NCBI GenBank assembly: GCA_965203965.1
Contig: CBDBDR010000017.1
Location: 96,001 to 160,000, forward strand
Reading direction: 5' to 3'
DNA length: 64,000 nt
From: Thermodesulfobacteriota bacterium
Lineage (GTDB): Bacteria > Desulfobacterota_D > UBA1144 > Nemesobacterales > JAJCZQ01
Below, piece after piece: positions 1 through 9,182 of this stretch. Both the position numbers and the translations under genes were made by a program. Under the pieces are notes generated by a model, which ran no database searches, was not told the origin of the DNA, and saw only the letters and a program-made list of their open reading frames with translations. Each line of letters opens with the position of its first letter. The first letter of the stretch is position 1.

Positions 1-512
1 TAGTTGTTGTTGCTTTTATTTTCAATGACTATCTCTTTAAGTATTCCCTTGGTTCCAAACTGACTACCGAGCCATTTCCAGCTTTTTACAGAGATCAAGT
101 CTTTTGGTATAAAAGTTTCAGTTTCAATAAGCTCTGCTTTTGACACTCTCACTATGGAATTTTCCATATTTGTGTGCATCAATCCGAGTTTAACTCTTTC
201 GAAAATCTTTGTTTCGCCGGGGGATATGGTGCCCTTGATTGAGCCTGTTACTGATCCAAGTGGTACATTGTTTATGGAATATAGCTCAACAATTATGCCA
301 ATATTTTGAAAAGTCTGAAGGCTGTTATTCTGGAGAGTTATATTCTTTAAAATACCTTGACTGCCAATGTTGGCGGAAGCCCAAGTGTAGTCTTTAACTG
401 TTATTGCACTGTCCGTCTTAATAATTTTCCCGTGTGAATTTTCAGATGGATAAATAAAAATGTGTATTGCTAATAAGGGTATCAAAAGAAAATATTGAAA
501 GGTTTTCTTCAA
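1..512 (-). CDS. Secreted hypothetical protein with tandem beta-sandwich (FxLYD-like) domains; 3' end runs off the window
   Basis: Not in the ORF track. Manual translation from TTG 512 (alternative GTG 527) is open to base 1: MKKTFQYFLLIPLLAIHIFIYPS (signal-like), then ITVKDYTWASANIGSQGILKNITLQNNS...GTISPGETKIF, and a second copy ISVKSWKWLGSQFGTKGILKEIVIENKS. Confidence 0.75.
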   Translation of the reverse strand, partial: MKKTFQYFLLIPLLAIHIFIYPSENSHGKIIKTDSAITVKDYTWASANIGSQGILKNITLQNNSLQTFQNIGIIVELYSINNVPLGSVTGSIKGTISPGETKIFERVKLGLMHTNMENSIVRVSKAELIETETFIPKDLISVKSWKWLGSQFGTKGILKEIVIENKSNNN

Positions 513-635
513 CGTAAATAATCTCACTTCAAAATTTATGACTTGAAATTATACATAAAAAAAATAAAAGATGATATTAAGTTATCTTTATTTTACGGGA
601 TTAAATATGTTCAGTTACAATAGATAAGTTAAAAT

Positions 636-944
636 ATGGGAATATATATTTTACTCAGCAGATTAACCCCTGATGGACGTAAAACTTTAAGGGAACGACC
701 ATACCGGATAAGAGAAGTTGACGAGGAACTTGAGAGAATGGGAGTAAGAGTTCTGGAACAGTATGCAACTTTGGGTCAGTATGATTTTGTCAACATAGTT
801 GAAGCACCTGATAATGAAACGATTGGAGAGGTCTCCGTGGATCTTTGTTCAAGAGGTACACTGGATCTGATAACCATGCCTGCTATTGACGTCGATAAGT
901 TTATCAATACTTTAAAATCAGATGGAAAGCTAGCAAAAGAGTGA
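636..944 (+). CDS. GYD domain-containing protein
   Basis: About 100 aa with a YATLGQYDFV motif and the typical N-terminal YILLSRLT. Confidence 0.85.
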   Translation: MGIYILLSRLTPDGRKTLRERPYRIREVDEELERMGVRVLEQYATLGQYDFVNIVEAPDNETIGEVSVDLCSRGTLDLITMPAIDVDKFINTLKSDGKLAKE

Positions 945-977
945 GCATTAGTTATAAGTTCCATTTCTTTTCATTCT

Positions 978-1006
978 TTGACTAACCAACACCAATTTTG
1001 TAGAAT
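978..1006 (+). promoter_or_regulatory. Putative sigma70 promoter for mutL-gmhA
   Basis: TTGACT (978-983), 17-bp spacer, TAGAAT (1001-1006), ending 14 nt before ATG 1021. Confidence 0.55.
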
Positions 1007-1020
1007 TGACTTTTAGTATC

Positions 1021-2832
1021 ATGTCTGAAATCAAGATTCTTCCCGACATGCTCGTGTCCAAAATTGCCGCGGGAGAGGTAGTACAAAGACCTTCTTCTGT
1101 TGTGAAAGAGCTTATTGAAAACTCGCTGGATGCCGGAGCAAAAAAACTAACAGTGAACATAGAGTCGGGTGGAAAGAAGTCTGTTGTGGTAATTGACGAT
1201 GGTATCGGAATGTCAAAGGACGATGCCTTGATGAGTCTGGAACAGCATGCTACAAGTAAAATTAGTTCTGTTGACGATCTCTTTGCTCTGACGACACTGG
1301 GTTTCAGAGGTGAAGCTCTTGCGAGCATTTCAAGTGTATCACGTTTAAGGCTTTTAACGCGGAGGAATGGTAATGATTCGGGTGTAGTAATTTTTGTGGA
1401 TGGAGGCAAAATCAGGAGCGTTGAGGATGCAGGATGCCCAGTGGGAACCACTGTTGAAGTAAGAAATCTTTTTTTCAATACCATCCCAAGGTTGAAATTT
1501 TTGAAAAGGGATGAAACCGAGTTTATCAACATTACGGAGATTGTTCAAAGAGAAGCCATTGTAAATCCGGAAGTAGCTTTTGAAGTCCACCATGACGGCA
1601 GATTGATTTTTAGACTTGCTTCAAAAGAGAATGTTCTGGAAAGAGCTAAAGAAATAGTTAAAAATTGTGAGTTGTATGAAATAAACTATATTTCCAACGG
1701 TATGGAAATCAGTGGTTGTATGAGTAGCCCATTTGAAGGACGATCAAATACGCAAAGACTTTATACTTATGTAAATTCCAGAACCGTCAAAGACCGCTTT
1801 GTTACAAGAATGATAATGGATGCTTATGGAAAGATGCTTCCCAAAGGTAAATTTCCGCAAGGAGTTCTATGTATTAATTTACAGAAAAGTGAAGTGGATG
1901 TTAACGTTCATCCAACTAAGTATGAAGTAAAGTTTAGAGAGCAAAATCTGGTTGGTGGTGTTATTAAAAATTCACTTTCAGAGATGTTAAGCACTGCCCC
2001 TTGGATGTTTAATCATAAAAACATAGACAAGAGCAGGTCAGTTTATTTTCTTGAAGAAACTAAAGAAAGCTATCGGAGTTCTGTTGGAAATTTTTCTACC
2101 CGGCGTAACACTGAATATGGAAGTGGTAATCAATCGTTGAAAAATACAAACAGCGAGGGATTGGTAGATATAAAGAACCAGATTCCCGGGGGACATGTTT
2201 TGCATGAAATTGATATTAAAAGGGATCAGCTTTTTGGTAAAAAAGGACATTTCTCCAGTATGAAAATTATAGGTCAAGTCGGGGCGCTTTATATTGTCTG
2301 TGAAAATCAAGACGGAATTGTGCTGATTGACCAGCATGCGGCGCATGAGAGGGTCAACTATGAAATATATAGAAAAAATTATCTTGAGTCCGGATCAATC
2401 CAAAAGCAGGAGCTTCTGTTACCTGAAGTTATTGATTTATCACCCAAAGAGATGAAAATTTTTGAAAAGCACCGAGTTCATTTGACTGAACTTGGCTTTG
2501 AGGCAGAACCATTTGGTAATGTTTCGGTCAGGGTAAGAAGTGTTCCGGCGATTCTTAAACTGACGAATGCAGGTGGTGTATTTACAGACATTCTTCTGGA
2601 ACTTGACGATCTGGAAGAAAGTAAAAGTTTGAATGACAGACTTGATCTTGTTTGTGCTACCATGTCTTGTCATAGTTCAATTAGGGCAAATGAGGCTTTA
2701 GGCAGAGAAAAAATTAGTGCCCTTTTGCATGGCTTGGATAATGCAGAGTTTCCACATTCATGTCCGCACGGAAGACCAGTGGCTAAAATGATTACATATA
2801 AGGAACTTGAAAAAATGTTCGGGAGGATATGA
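1021..2832 (+). CDS. mutL: DNA mismatch repair endonuclease MutL
   Basis: IAAGEVVQRPSSVVKELIENSLDA, LGFRGEALASIS, DVNVHPTK, C-terminal DQHAAHER and CPHGRP motifs. Start placed at ATG 1021 (MSEIKILP). Confidence 0.97.
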   Translation: MSEIKILPDMLVSKIAAGEVVQRPSSVVKELIENSLDAGAKKLTVNIESGGKKSVVVIDDGIGMSKDDALMSLEQHATSKISSVDDLFALTTLGFRGEALASISSVSRLRLLTRRNGNDSGVVIFVDGGKIRSVEDAGCPVGTTVEVRNLFFNTIPRLKFLKRDETEFINITEIVQREAIVNPEVAFEVHHDGRLIFRLASKENVLERAKEIVKNCELYEINYISNGMEISGCMSSPFEGRSNTQRLYTYVNSRTVKDRFVTRMIMDAYGKMLPKGKFPQGVLCINLQKSEVDVNVHPTKYEVKFREQNLVGGVIKNSLSEMLSTAPWMFNHKNIDKSRSVYFLEETKESYRSSVGNFSTRRNTEYGSGNQSLKNTNSEGLVDIKNQIPGGHVLHEIDIKRDQLFGKKGHFSSMKIIGQVGALYIVCENQDGIVLIDQHAAHERVNYEIYRKNYLESGSIQKQELLLPEVIDLSPKEMKIFEKHRVHLTELGFEAEPFGNVSVRVRSVPAILKLTNAGGVFTDILLELDDLEESKSLNDRLDLVCATMSCHSSIRANEALGREKISALLHGLDNAEFPHSCPHGRPVAKMITYKELEKMFGRI

Positions 2833-2833
2833 T

Positions 2834-3406
2834 TTGAAAGAAAAAATTATTTCTATACTTCGCCAGAGTGCTGATCTAAAGCTCAGGTTTGCCAAGGAAT
2901 CCACAGAGATTGTTGAAGATGCGGTAAATATGATAAATAAATGTCTGAAGTCAAACGGGAAAATTTTGCTCTTTGGTAACGGAGGAAGCGCCGCCGATTC
3001 ACAGCACATTGCAGCAGAATTTGTAAATCGGTTTTACGAGGATAGAAATCCCTTGTCCGCCGTTGCCTTGACAACTGATTCGTCAATTCTTACCTCCATT
3101 TCCAATGATAGCGGTTTTGAGAACGTTTTTTCTCGTCAGATTGAAGCTATTGGTAAAAAAAATGACATTGCCATTGGTATGACCACAAGTGGAAAATCAC
3201 AAAATGTGTTAAATGGACTTGTAACTTCCAAGAATTTAGGAATGAAAACAATAACTTTTGCCGGGCAAAATACTGCAAAACTGGAGAAAGTATCAGACTG
3301 TATTATTTCCGTGTCGTCTAAATCAACACCGAGGATTCAGGAAGTTCATATAACAATTGCCCATATAATATGCGAGTTGGTGGAAGCCAACTTTAGTCAG
3401 AAATGA
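2834..3406 (+). CDS. gmhA: D-sedoheptulose 7-phosphate isomerase
   Basis: GNGGSAADSQHIAAE, SNDSGFENVFSRQIEA, TTSGKS, PRIQEVH. TTG 2834 is preceded by GGAGG. Confidence 0.95.
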   Translation: MKEKIISILRQSADLKLRFAKESTEIVEDAVNMINKCLKSNGKILLFGNGGSAADSQHIAAEFVNRFYEDRNPLSAVALTTDSSILTSISNDSGFENVFSRQIEAIGKKNDIAIGMTTSGKSQNVLNGLVTSKNLGMKTITFAGQNTAKLEKVSDCIISVSSKSTPRIQEVHITIAHIICELVEANFSQK

Positions 3407-3471
3407 AAGAATGCAATAAACGGGTTTGATAAAGTGTTTACCGATTATGAATAAAAGGAGGTTTTTAGCTA

Positions 3472-4041
3472 GTGGCAACAGTTGATACCAGCAGGTTTTA
3501 TAAGGGTATGAAGGTTGAGCATGATGGTGGTATATGGGAGATTGTTGAGCATTCAAGCTCAAAAATGGGAAGAATGAGTGCAATTGTTACAACAAGATTA
3601 AAAAACGTGGTTACAGGTGCCGTGCAGGAGAAAAAATTTAGATCTGGTGATACGTTTCACATTCCGGATATTGAGCGCAGGAAAATGCAGTTTTTATACA
3701 AAGATCAAATAGGTTTTCACTTTATGGATACCCAAAATTATGATCAGTTGAGTTTCAGCATGGAGCAGGTTGGAGAATCGACAAATTTCCTAAAAGAGCA
3801 GCAGGAAATACAGGTGCAATTTTGCAATGATAAACCTATAGGAATTGATCTGCCAATTTCAGCAGATTTTGAAGTAACCTACGCGGAACCCGGATTAAAA
3901 GGTGATACAGTTTCAAGCACAACCAAACCGGCCACCATTGAAACTGGTTTTGTCGTGAACGTTCCTCTTTTTATAAACATCGGGGACATAATAAAAATTG
4001 ACACAAGAAATGGTAATTATCTAGAAAGGGTCAAAAAGTAA
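3472..4041 (+). CDS. efp: Elongation factor P (Arg-tip variant)
   Basis: RRKMQFLYKD, FHFMDTQNYDQ, EPGLKGDT, KPATIETG, VPLFINIGDIIKIDTR...YLER. AAGGAGG RBS upstream. Confidence 0.96.
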   Translation: MATVDTSRFYKGMKVEHDGGIWEIVEHSSSKMGRMSAIVTTRLKNVVTGAVQEKKFRSGDTFHIPDIERRKMQFLYKDQIGFHFMDTQNYDQLSFSMEQVGESTNFLKEQQEIQVQFCNDKPIGIDLPISADFEVTYAEPGLKGDTVSSTTKPATIETGFVVNVPLFINIGDIIKIDTRNGNYLERVKK

Positions 4042-4085
4042 CACGGTCTTCAATAGTAACTTTTTATTCTCATGTTATAGAGTTT

Positions 4086-5372
4086 TTAAGGGGAAAAATT
4101 ATCTTTGAGTTTTATCGCCGAAATTGGATCTAGTTTTTCCAACTGTGAGTATGCTTTTTCAGCTCTTTTGTGCTGACCGTCTGATAGGTAAGTAATTACC
4201 ATGTTATACCATGCTTTTGAATTGTCAGAATCTATACTTACTACCCTGCGGTAGGAATCTATTGATTTTTTGTAGAGACCTTGTTTCCCGTAGACAACTC
4301 CTAAATTATACCATGCTTCTTTGTATTCAGGGTTTGTATTTACTGCATTAAGGTAAGAATCTATCGCTTTGTAGTAGATATCTTGTTTGAAATAAGCAAG
4401 TCCCAGAAAATACCAAGCTGATTCATCAGATGGAAATAGCTCTAACCATTGCAAGCAGTGTTTTTCCAAACTTCGCCAATTCTGGCTTTTTATCAAAGTC
4501 AACGCAATTTTGCGATTGTCCTTGGAAGATTCCCCAAACAATTTTTTCAGTTTTGTATCAGAAGTCTTTTTGATTCCTCTTCTGCGAGTCCAGTTTATCC
4601 ACTCAGTGGGATAGGCAAACCCTGAATATTTTGTTGTTTTGCCTAAATATCCTTTAGTTGTGATTCCAACAAGTTTGCCGTATTTATCAAACAGACCACC
4701 GCCGGACATTCCTGGAGCAAGTTGGGCACTCGTTATAATTACCGGCGGATCGTTTCTGTCTCTCTTGTGGAGTTGAGAAACCTGACCAGTACTGATGCGG
4801 TATGTTCCACGAGGTGCACTGATAGCATAAACGACCTCACCAACTTTCAATGATTCAGACGAGCGGGTATTTATGATCCGACCTTTGAGGTCTCGAGATT
4901 TAAGCAGACATATATCTTTTTCCCAATTAGCTCCGGAAAGAGTTGCAATCTTCCTCGCTCCATTATTATCCTGCACCATTATAGAATTTGCTATGGAATC
5001 TGCTTTTGCTAACACGTGACAGTTTGTAACGACTTCTCCATGTCCCACAATAACTCCACTGCCCTGAGATTTTATTCCGTCTTTTTGTGTTGCCCAAACA
5101 ATAACAGTTGAAGGGAATACTTTTTCATAAACTTTTGAAGCATTCAGAGCAGATGCCGGTGTAGTAACGGTGAAAAAAATCGTCAATATCAGGGATAATA
5201 CTTTGATTTTATTATCAAGTCTTTTCTGATTCCATACATGGTTTTTATCAAGTGATTTTCTCAAAAGGAAAATTGAAATAGATATTAATTCAGTGGATTT
5301 GTTAAACATGGATTGATAGCAAAGTAGATAAATTTTCTTGAATTGCAAGCAAATGATATGTACGCAGATCAA
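4086..5372 (-). CDS. Trypsin-like (S1C/HtrA-type) serine protease with C-terminal TPR repeats; true start probably downstream of 5372
   Basis: Catalytic triad motifs VTNCHV, KDICLL and PGMSGGGL. TPR units AWYFLGLAY, AWYNLGVVY and AWYNMVITY. Signal-like segment LSLILTIFFTVTTPASA. Confidence 0.88.
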   Translation of the reverse strand: MICVHIICLQFKKIYLLCYQSMFNKSTELISISIFLLRKSLDKNHVWNQKRLDNKIKVLSLILTIFFTVTTPASALNASKVYEKVFPSTVIVWATQKDGIKSQGSGVIVGHGEVVTNCHVLAKADSIANSIMVQDNNGARKIATLSGANWEKDICLLKSRDLKGRIINTRSSESLKVGEVVYAISAPRGTYRISTGQVSQLHKRDRNDPPVIITSAQLAPGMSGGGLFDKYGKLVGITTKGYLGKTTKYSGFAYPTEWINWTRRRGIKKTSDTKLKKLFGESSKDNRKIALTLIKSQNWRSLEKHCLQWLELFPSDESAWYFLGLAYFKQDIYYKAIDSYLNAVNTNPEYKEAWYNLGVVYGKQGLYKKSIDSYRRVVSIDSDNSKAWYNMVITYLSDGQHKRAEKAYSQLEKLDPISAIKLKDNFSP

Positions 5373-5571
5373 GTTTGATTGAAAGGTAACTATAAAAACA
5401 TTTGTCCATTCAGAAAGAAGGAATATTTAACTCTTTATTCTTCTGATAAAACAAACAATAATATGGTTTCCCTAAAAGTTGCATTTAACAGTTGCATCTA
5501 AAACGAAATACAGCTATAGAAAAATTTCATATTCTTGGTAAACTCACACCCTGATCATTTCTCAAGGAGCA

Positions 5572-7368
5572 TTGGTGAACAAAATAGAACAGTGTATGAA
5601 TAAGTATTACAGAATGGTTTTACGTCTCTCGGTCATTCTCGTTATTTCATGTGCCGTGGGTGATGATTCTCCTCCTGCTCAAATAGATGATTTCAGTACT
5701 TCTTCAAACAATAAGTTGTTTGGATGGACTGCACCTGGAGATGATGGTAATTCAGGAAAAGCCACTTTATACCTTCTCAGGTTTTTTGACGAAAATCAGG
5801 TGAAAGAGCTACTGGATGTTTCATCACTGGAAAGTTTAGATGATAATCGGGCACAGCAAGCTATTCTTCAAAATAACTTCCATAGGGCAACTCAGGTGCC
5901 CAGATTTTTTGCTCCTAGAGACGCAGGGTCTTCTGAAACAGCATCAGTGCCAAGACTTGATATTTTAGGACAGAAAAGATATTTCTACTCTATTGTGGCA
6001 AATGACGAGACTGGAAATAGCTCCAAGCCGTCAAATTTTTTGGAGCTAACGTCGGGTCTTTCAAGTGTTGATTTTGTGGGTGATCAGAATAGCTGTTTGG
6101 GTGCTTCGGCATCCTTTGGTGAATTTATGCAAGGAGATCAAGGCGATACGAGTAGGGATATTATTGTAGGCGATCCCTGTTCAGCAAGAGTTTATATATT
6201 TGCAGGCAGAGAGGATATTACAAGAAATACTGGGAATGTAGATATGGCTAACCCTGATGTTACTATCGTCGGGATACCGGGAACCAGGTTTGGTGCTTCT
6301 GTAGAAGGTGTTGGTAATATCAGCTCCAATTCGTTTGATGAATTTGCGATAGGTGCCCCTAATGCTGATAATGCTAAAGGACAGGTATTTGTGTTTGAAG
6401 GTGGACAAAGTCTGCCTGAGGTGATTGACTTGAACTCCGATGGTATGGCGAGATTTATCATAATTGGTGAGGCAAGCGGAGATAAATTTGGTTCTGAAAT
6501 TGCGAGGCATGGACTTAACAACTTGCTTGTAAGTGCTCCAATGGCTTTACAAGAAAAAGGCAAAGTTTACAGCTTTAACAGTAATGAACTGCAAGATTCG
6601 ACCAATGCTGCTGACGCTGCTGAAATTATAATAGGACGGTCAGGAGATCAACTGGGATACTCCATAGCTGACAGTAGGATGATTGGGATAGGAGACCGGG
6701 TATTTGTAGTAGGTGCACCGGGTGGGGGACGGGCATACGTATTTTTCAATACAGGAGATTTTGATCTCTCAAATCTTGCACCGGAAAACGAAGGAGATAT
6801 TTTAGTTATACAAGGCAATGCCGAGGATAGATTTGGGGAAACAGTCGATGGAGGCTACGATATTGATGGTGTTGAAGGCAATACTGATGTTGTTATATCG
6901 GCTCCCTCTGCAGATAACAATAAAGGTTCTGTGTTTGTATATTCGGATGAGGTTTTAAGTGGTGCAACTGATGGATTATTACTGAGTACGATGGATGCGA
7001 GTTTAAGAATAGATGGGCTTGTAGAAGGGGATAAACTGGGTGTAGGATTAGCTGTTTTACCTGATATAAACCCAGAAATAATAGTTGAGCAGAGAGATGT
7101 TGCTAACGTGCTTGCACAAGTCCGAGGGAATGCAGATATTGCGATCGGTGCACCCGGTGCTGAAAGTGGAAAGGGAAAAATCTACATCTTTTTTGGTGAG
7201 AATGATTTGTCAGGTCAACTTAGTGCGAGTAGTGCTGATATAACGATACCACCCTCTCAGGGAATTGATTCATTTGGCTTAAAACTGAATACTGTATTGG
7301 ACGTCAACGGAGATGGATTTTTTGATTTTACTGTTGGAAGCAGTAATTCACTGACCTTGAATTATTGA
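5572..7368 (+). CDS. Lipoprotein with an FN3-like N-terminal domain and FG-GAP/integrin-alpha repeats (start probably ATG 5596)
   Basis: Lipobox-like VISC, then WTAPGDDG. Repeated FG...(D)xxxGAP...G.VYxF units and a DVNGDGFFD Ca-binding loop. Confidence 0.8.
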   Translation: MVNKIEQCMNKYYRMVLRLSVILVISCAVGDDSPPAQIDDFSTSSNNKLFGWTAPGDDGNSGKATLYLLRFFDENQVKELLDVSSLESLDDNRAQQAILQNNFHRATQVPRFFAPRDAGSSETASVPRLDILGQKRYFYSIVANDETGNSSKPSNFLELTSGLSSVDFVGDQNSCLGASASFGEFMQGDQGDTSRDIIVGDPCSARVYIFAGREDITRNTGNVDMANPDVTIVGIPGTRFGASVEGVGNISSNSFDEFAIGAPNADNAKGQVFVFEGGQSLPEVIDLNSDGMARFIIIGEASGDKFGSEIARHGLNNLLVSAPMALQEKGKVYSFNSNELQDSTNAADAAEIIIGRSGDQLGYSIADSRMIGIGDRVFVVGAPGGGRAYVFFNTGDFDLSNLAPENEGDILVIQGNAEDRFGETVDGGYDIDGVEGNTDVVISAPSADNNKGSVFVYSDEVLSGATDGLLLSTMDASLRIDGLVEGDKLGVGLAVLPDINPEIIVEQRDVANVLAQVRGNADIAIGAPGAESGKGKIYIFFGENDLSGQLSASSADITIPPSQGIDSFGLKLNTVLDVNGDGFFDFTVGSSNSLTLNY

Positions 7369-8045
7369 TCGCTCTTTTCCGTTAAAAAACCGTCTTTAAT
7401 AACCAATTTCTTTTTAGCAAAAGAAGCTATATCTCTCTCATGGGTTATCATAACTATTGTTCTTCCCTGCTCATTCAGTTTCTCAAAAATACTCATGATC
7501 TCATAGCTGGTTTTAGTGTCTAAGTTGCCGGTTGGCTCATCGGCAAGGATCAACCCCGGGTCGTTGACAACTGCTCTGGCAATTGCCACTCTTTGCTGCT
7601 GTCCTCCTGACAACTGGCTTGGAACATGATGTTGCCGGTCCTGCAAACTGACCAATTCCAAAGCTCTTGCTGCAAGTTCTTTTCTCTCTTTGAAATTTTT
7701 TCCGCTGTAAATAAGCGGCATCTCCACGTTCTCAATTGAGGTAGTTTTTCCGAGCAAGTTAAAATTTTGAAATACAAAGCCTATTTCTTTGTTCCTAATG
7801 AATGACAGGTCATCTTTTTTCAATCTGGAGATATTGCTACCCTTAAAAAGGTAGCTTCCAGAAGTTGGTGGGTCTAAACATCCGAGTATGTTCATAAGTG
7901 TGCTTTTTCCTGAGCCGGAAGATCCCATTATGGAGACAAAGTCACCGATGTTTATTTTGATATTGATGTTTTTTAATGCCTCAATTTTGACCTTTCCAAG
8001 CAAATATATCTTGGCAAGATTTTCAGTACGAATCAACTCGGTCAT
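7362..8045 (-). CDS. ABC transporter ATP-binding protein (MacB/LolD family)
   Basis: [46 protein letters not shown]. Confidence 0.95.
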   Translation of the reverse strand: MTELIRTENLAKIYLLGKVKIEALKNINIKINIGDFVSIMGSSGSGKSTLMNILGCLDPPTSGSYLFKGSNISRLKKDDLSFIRNKEIGFVFQNFNLLGKTTSIENVEMPLIYSGKNFKERKELAARALELVSLQDRQHHVPSQLSGGQQQRVAIARAVVNDPGLILADEPTGNLDTKTSYEIMSIFEKLNEQGRTIVMITHERDIASFAKKKLVIKDGFLTEKSDQ

Positions 8046-9182
8046 TTAAAATCTTTTTGGCTGCGGAAGGGTTAAAACTGATTTAGGAGTTTCATTGTAG
8101 TGACTGCCAATGGCGATCTCCTGTCCTTCCATAAGGGAAATATTTAGAATTTCACTGAATTCTTCGTTACTTATGCCTACTTCAACCGGTATTTCTACAA
8201 ATTTACCGTTTACCCCTTTTGCCCATACTGATAATTTACCGTCAGCATCATCTTTTATAACCCTGGGCTTGCTGGGAATGAATCTCAATGCGGAAGTGGG
8301 AACCCTGAGAGTGTCACTTTTTTCCGAAATAATGACCCTCACCTCTGCTGTCATGCCGGGCTTCAATTTCAATTCCGAATTATCCATTTCCGCTGTGACG
8401 TCATAAGTCACAATATCTTTATCTTTATTTGGAGAATTACTCATCTTTATAATTTCAGCATTGAACGTTTCGTCATGAGCACTTACCTTGAATTTGACTG
8501 GTAGCCCTTTGATGGTCTTTCCAATATCGGCTTCACTTACACGAATTACCAGATCTATCTTTTTAAGGTCGCTTGCTATGGTGAGCATTGGCTTGTCGTC
8601 TGCAAGTGATTTGACTATCTGTCCGGCATTGACGTTCCTGATCATTATAGTGCCGTCAATTGGTGAAATAATCTTTGTTCGTTCCAGATTCTGGCTTGCT
8701 GACTCCATGTTTGCGTATGCTTCCTGAAAAAGGGCAAGTGCGTTTTTATAACGCGTTTGTGAGCTTTCGTATTGCTGCTTTGAAATTAAATCTTTCTCGT
8801 AAAGGATCTTATCAGAATTGAAAATGCTTTTATTCAGTTTAAGTTCGGCATCTGATTTGTTGTATTTTGCCTGTGCTTCTTTGAGGCGGTTCTCAAACTG
8901 ATTGGGTTCTATTACGGCAAGGAGGTCGCCTTTTTTAACACTGTCATTTATATCACAAAAGACGCTTTTTATAACTCCGTTGAGTTCGGAATAGATCTCT
9001 ACTTCCCTCTTGGGTTTTAGCGTGCCGTTAGCGGTTACGAAGGAGATAATGTCGCCACGGTCAACCAAAGCGGTTACAAAACTGATCTCGGGTACGGGTT
9101 TGAATTTACGTTCGAAAAACAAGTAACTGCCGATAGATAAGAGTAGCAGGACAGCTATTAATAGTGGTTTTCTTTTCAGCAT
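8046..9182 (-). CDS. Efflux periplasmic adaptor (MacA-like membrane fusion protein)
   Basis: N-terminal TM helix, VKKGDLLA, helical hairpin, ISPIDG, VSEADIG, LKPGMTA, VPTSALRF. Confidence 0.92.
   Translation of the reverse strand: MLKRKPLLIAVLLLLSIGSYLFFERKFKPVPEISFVTALVDRGDIISFVTANGTLKPKREVEIYSELNGVIKSVFCDINDSVKKGDLLAVIEPNQFENRLKEAQAKYNKSDAELKLNKSIFNSDKILYEKDLISKQQYESSQTRYKNALALFQEAYANMESASQNLERTKIISPIDGTIMIRNVNAGQIVKSLADDKPMLTIASDLKKIDLVIRVSEADIGKTIKGLPVKFKVSAHDETFNAEIIKMSNSPNKDKDIVTYDVTAEMDNSELKLKPGMTAEVRVIISEKSDTLRVPTSALRFIPSKPRVIKDDADGKLSVWAKGVNGKFVEIPVEVGISNEEFSEILNISLMEGQEIAIGSHYNETPKSVLTLPQPKRF

Noticed and set aside
948..1532. 194-aa antisense ORF over mutL, and similar shadow ORFs over clpA, ahcY, ftsH, folC and res (e.g. 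59980-60714)
   Set aside because: They lie wholly antisense to, or out of frame within, well-conserved genes and show no protein motifs.
3434..3447. Recurring CCGATTA word upstream of efp, metK and ftsH as a shared regulon motif
   Set aside because: It is too short, orientation and spacing are inconsistent, and it is compatible with chance.
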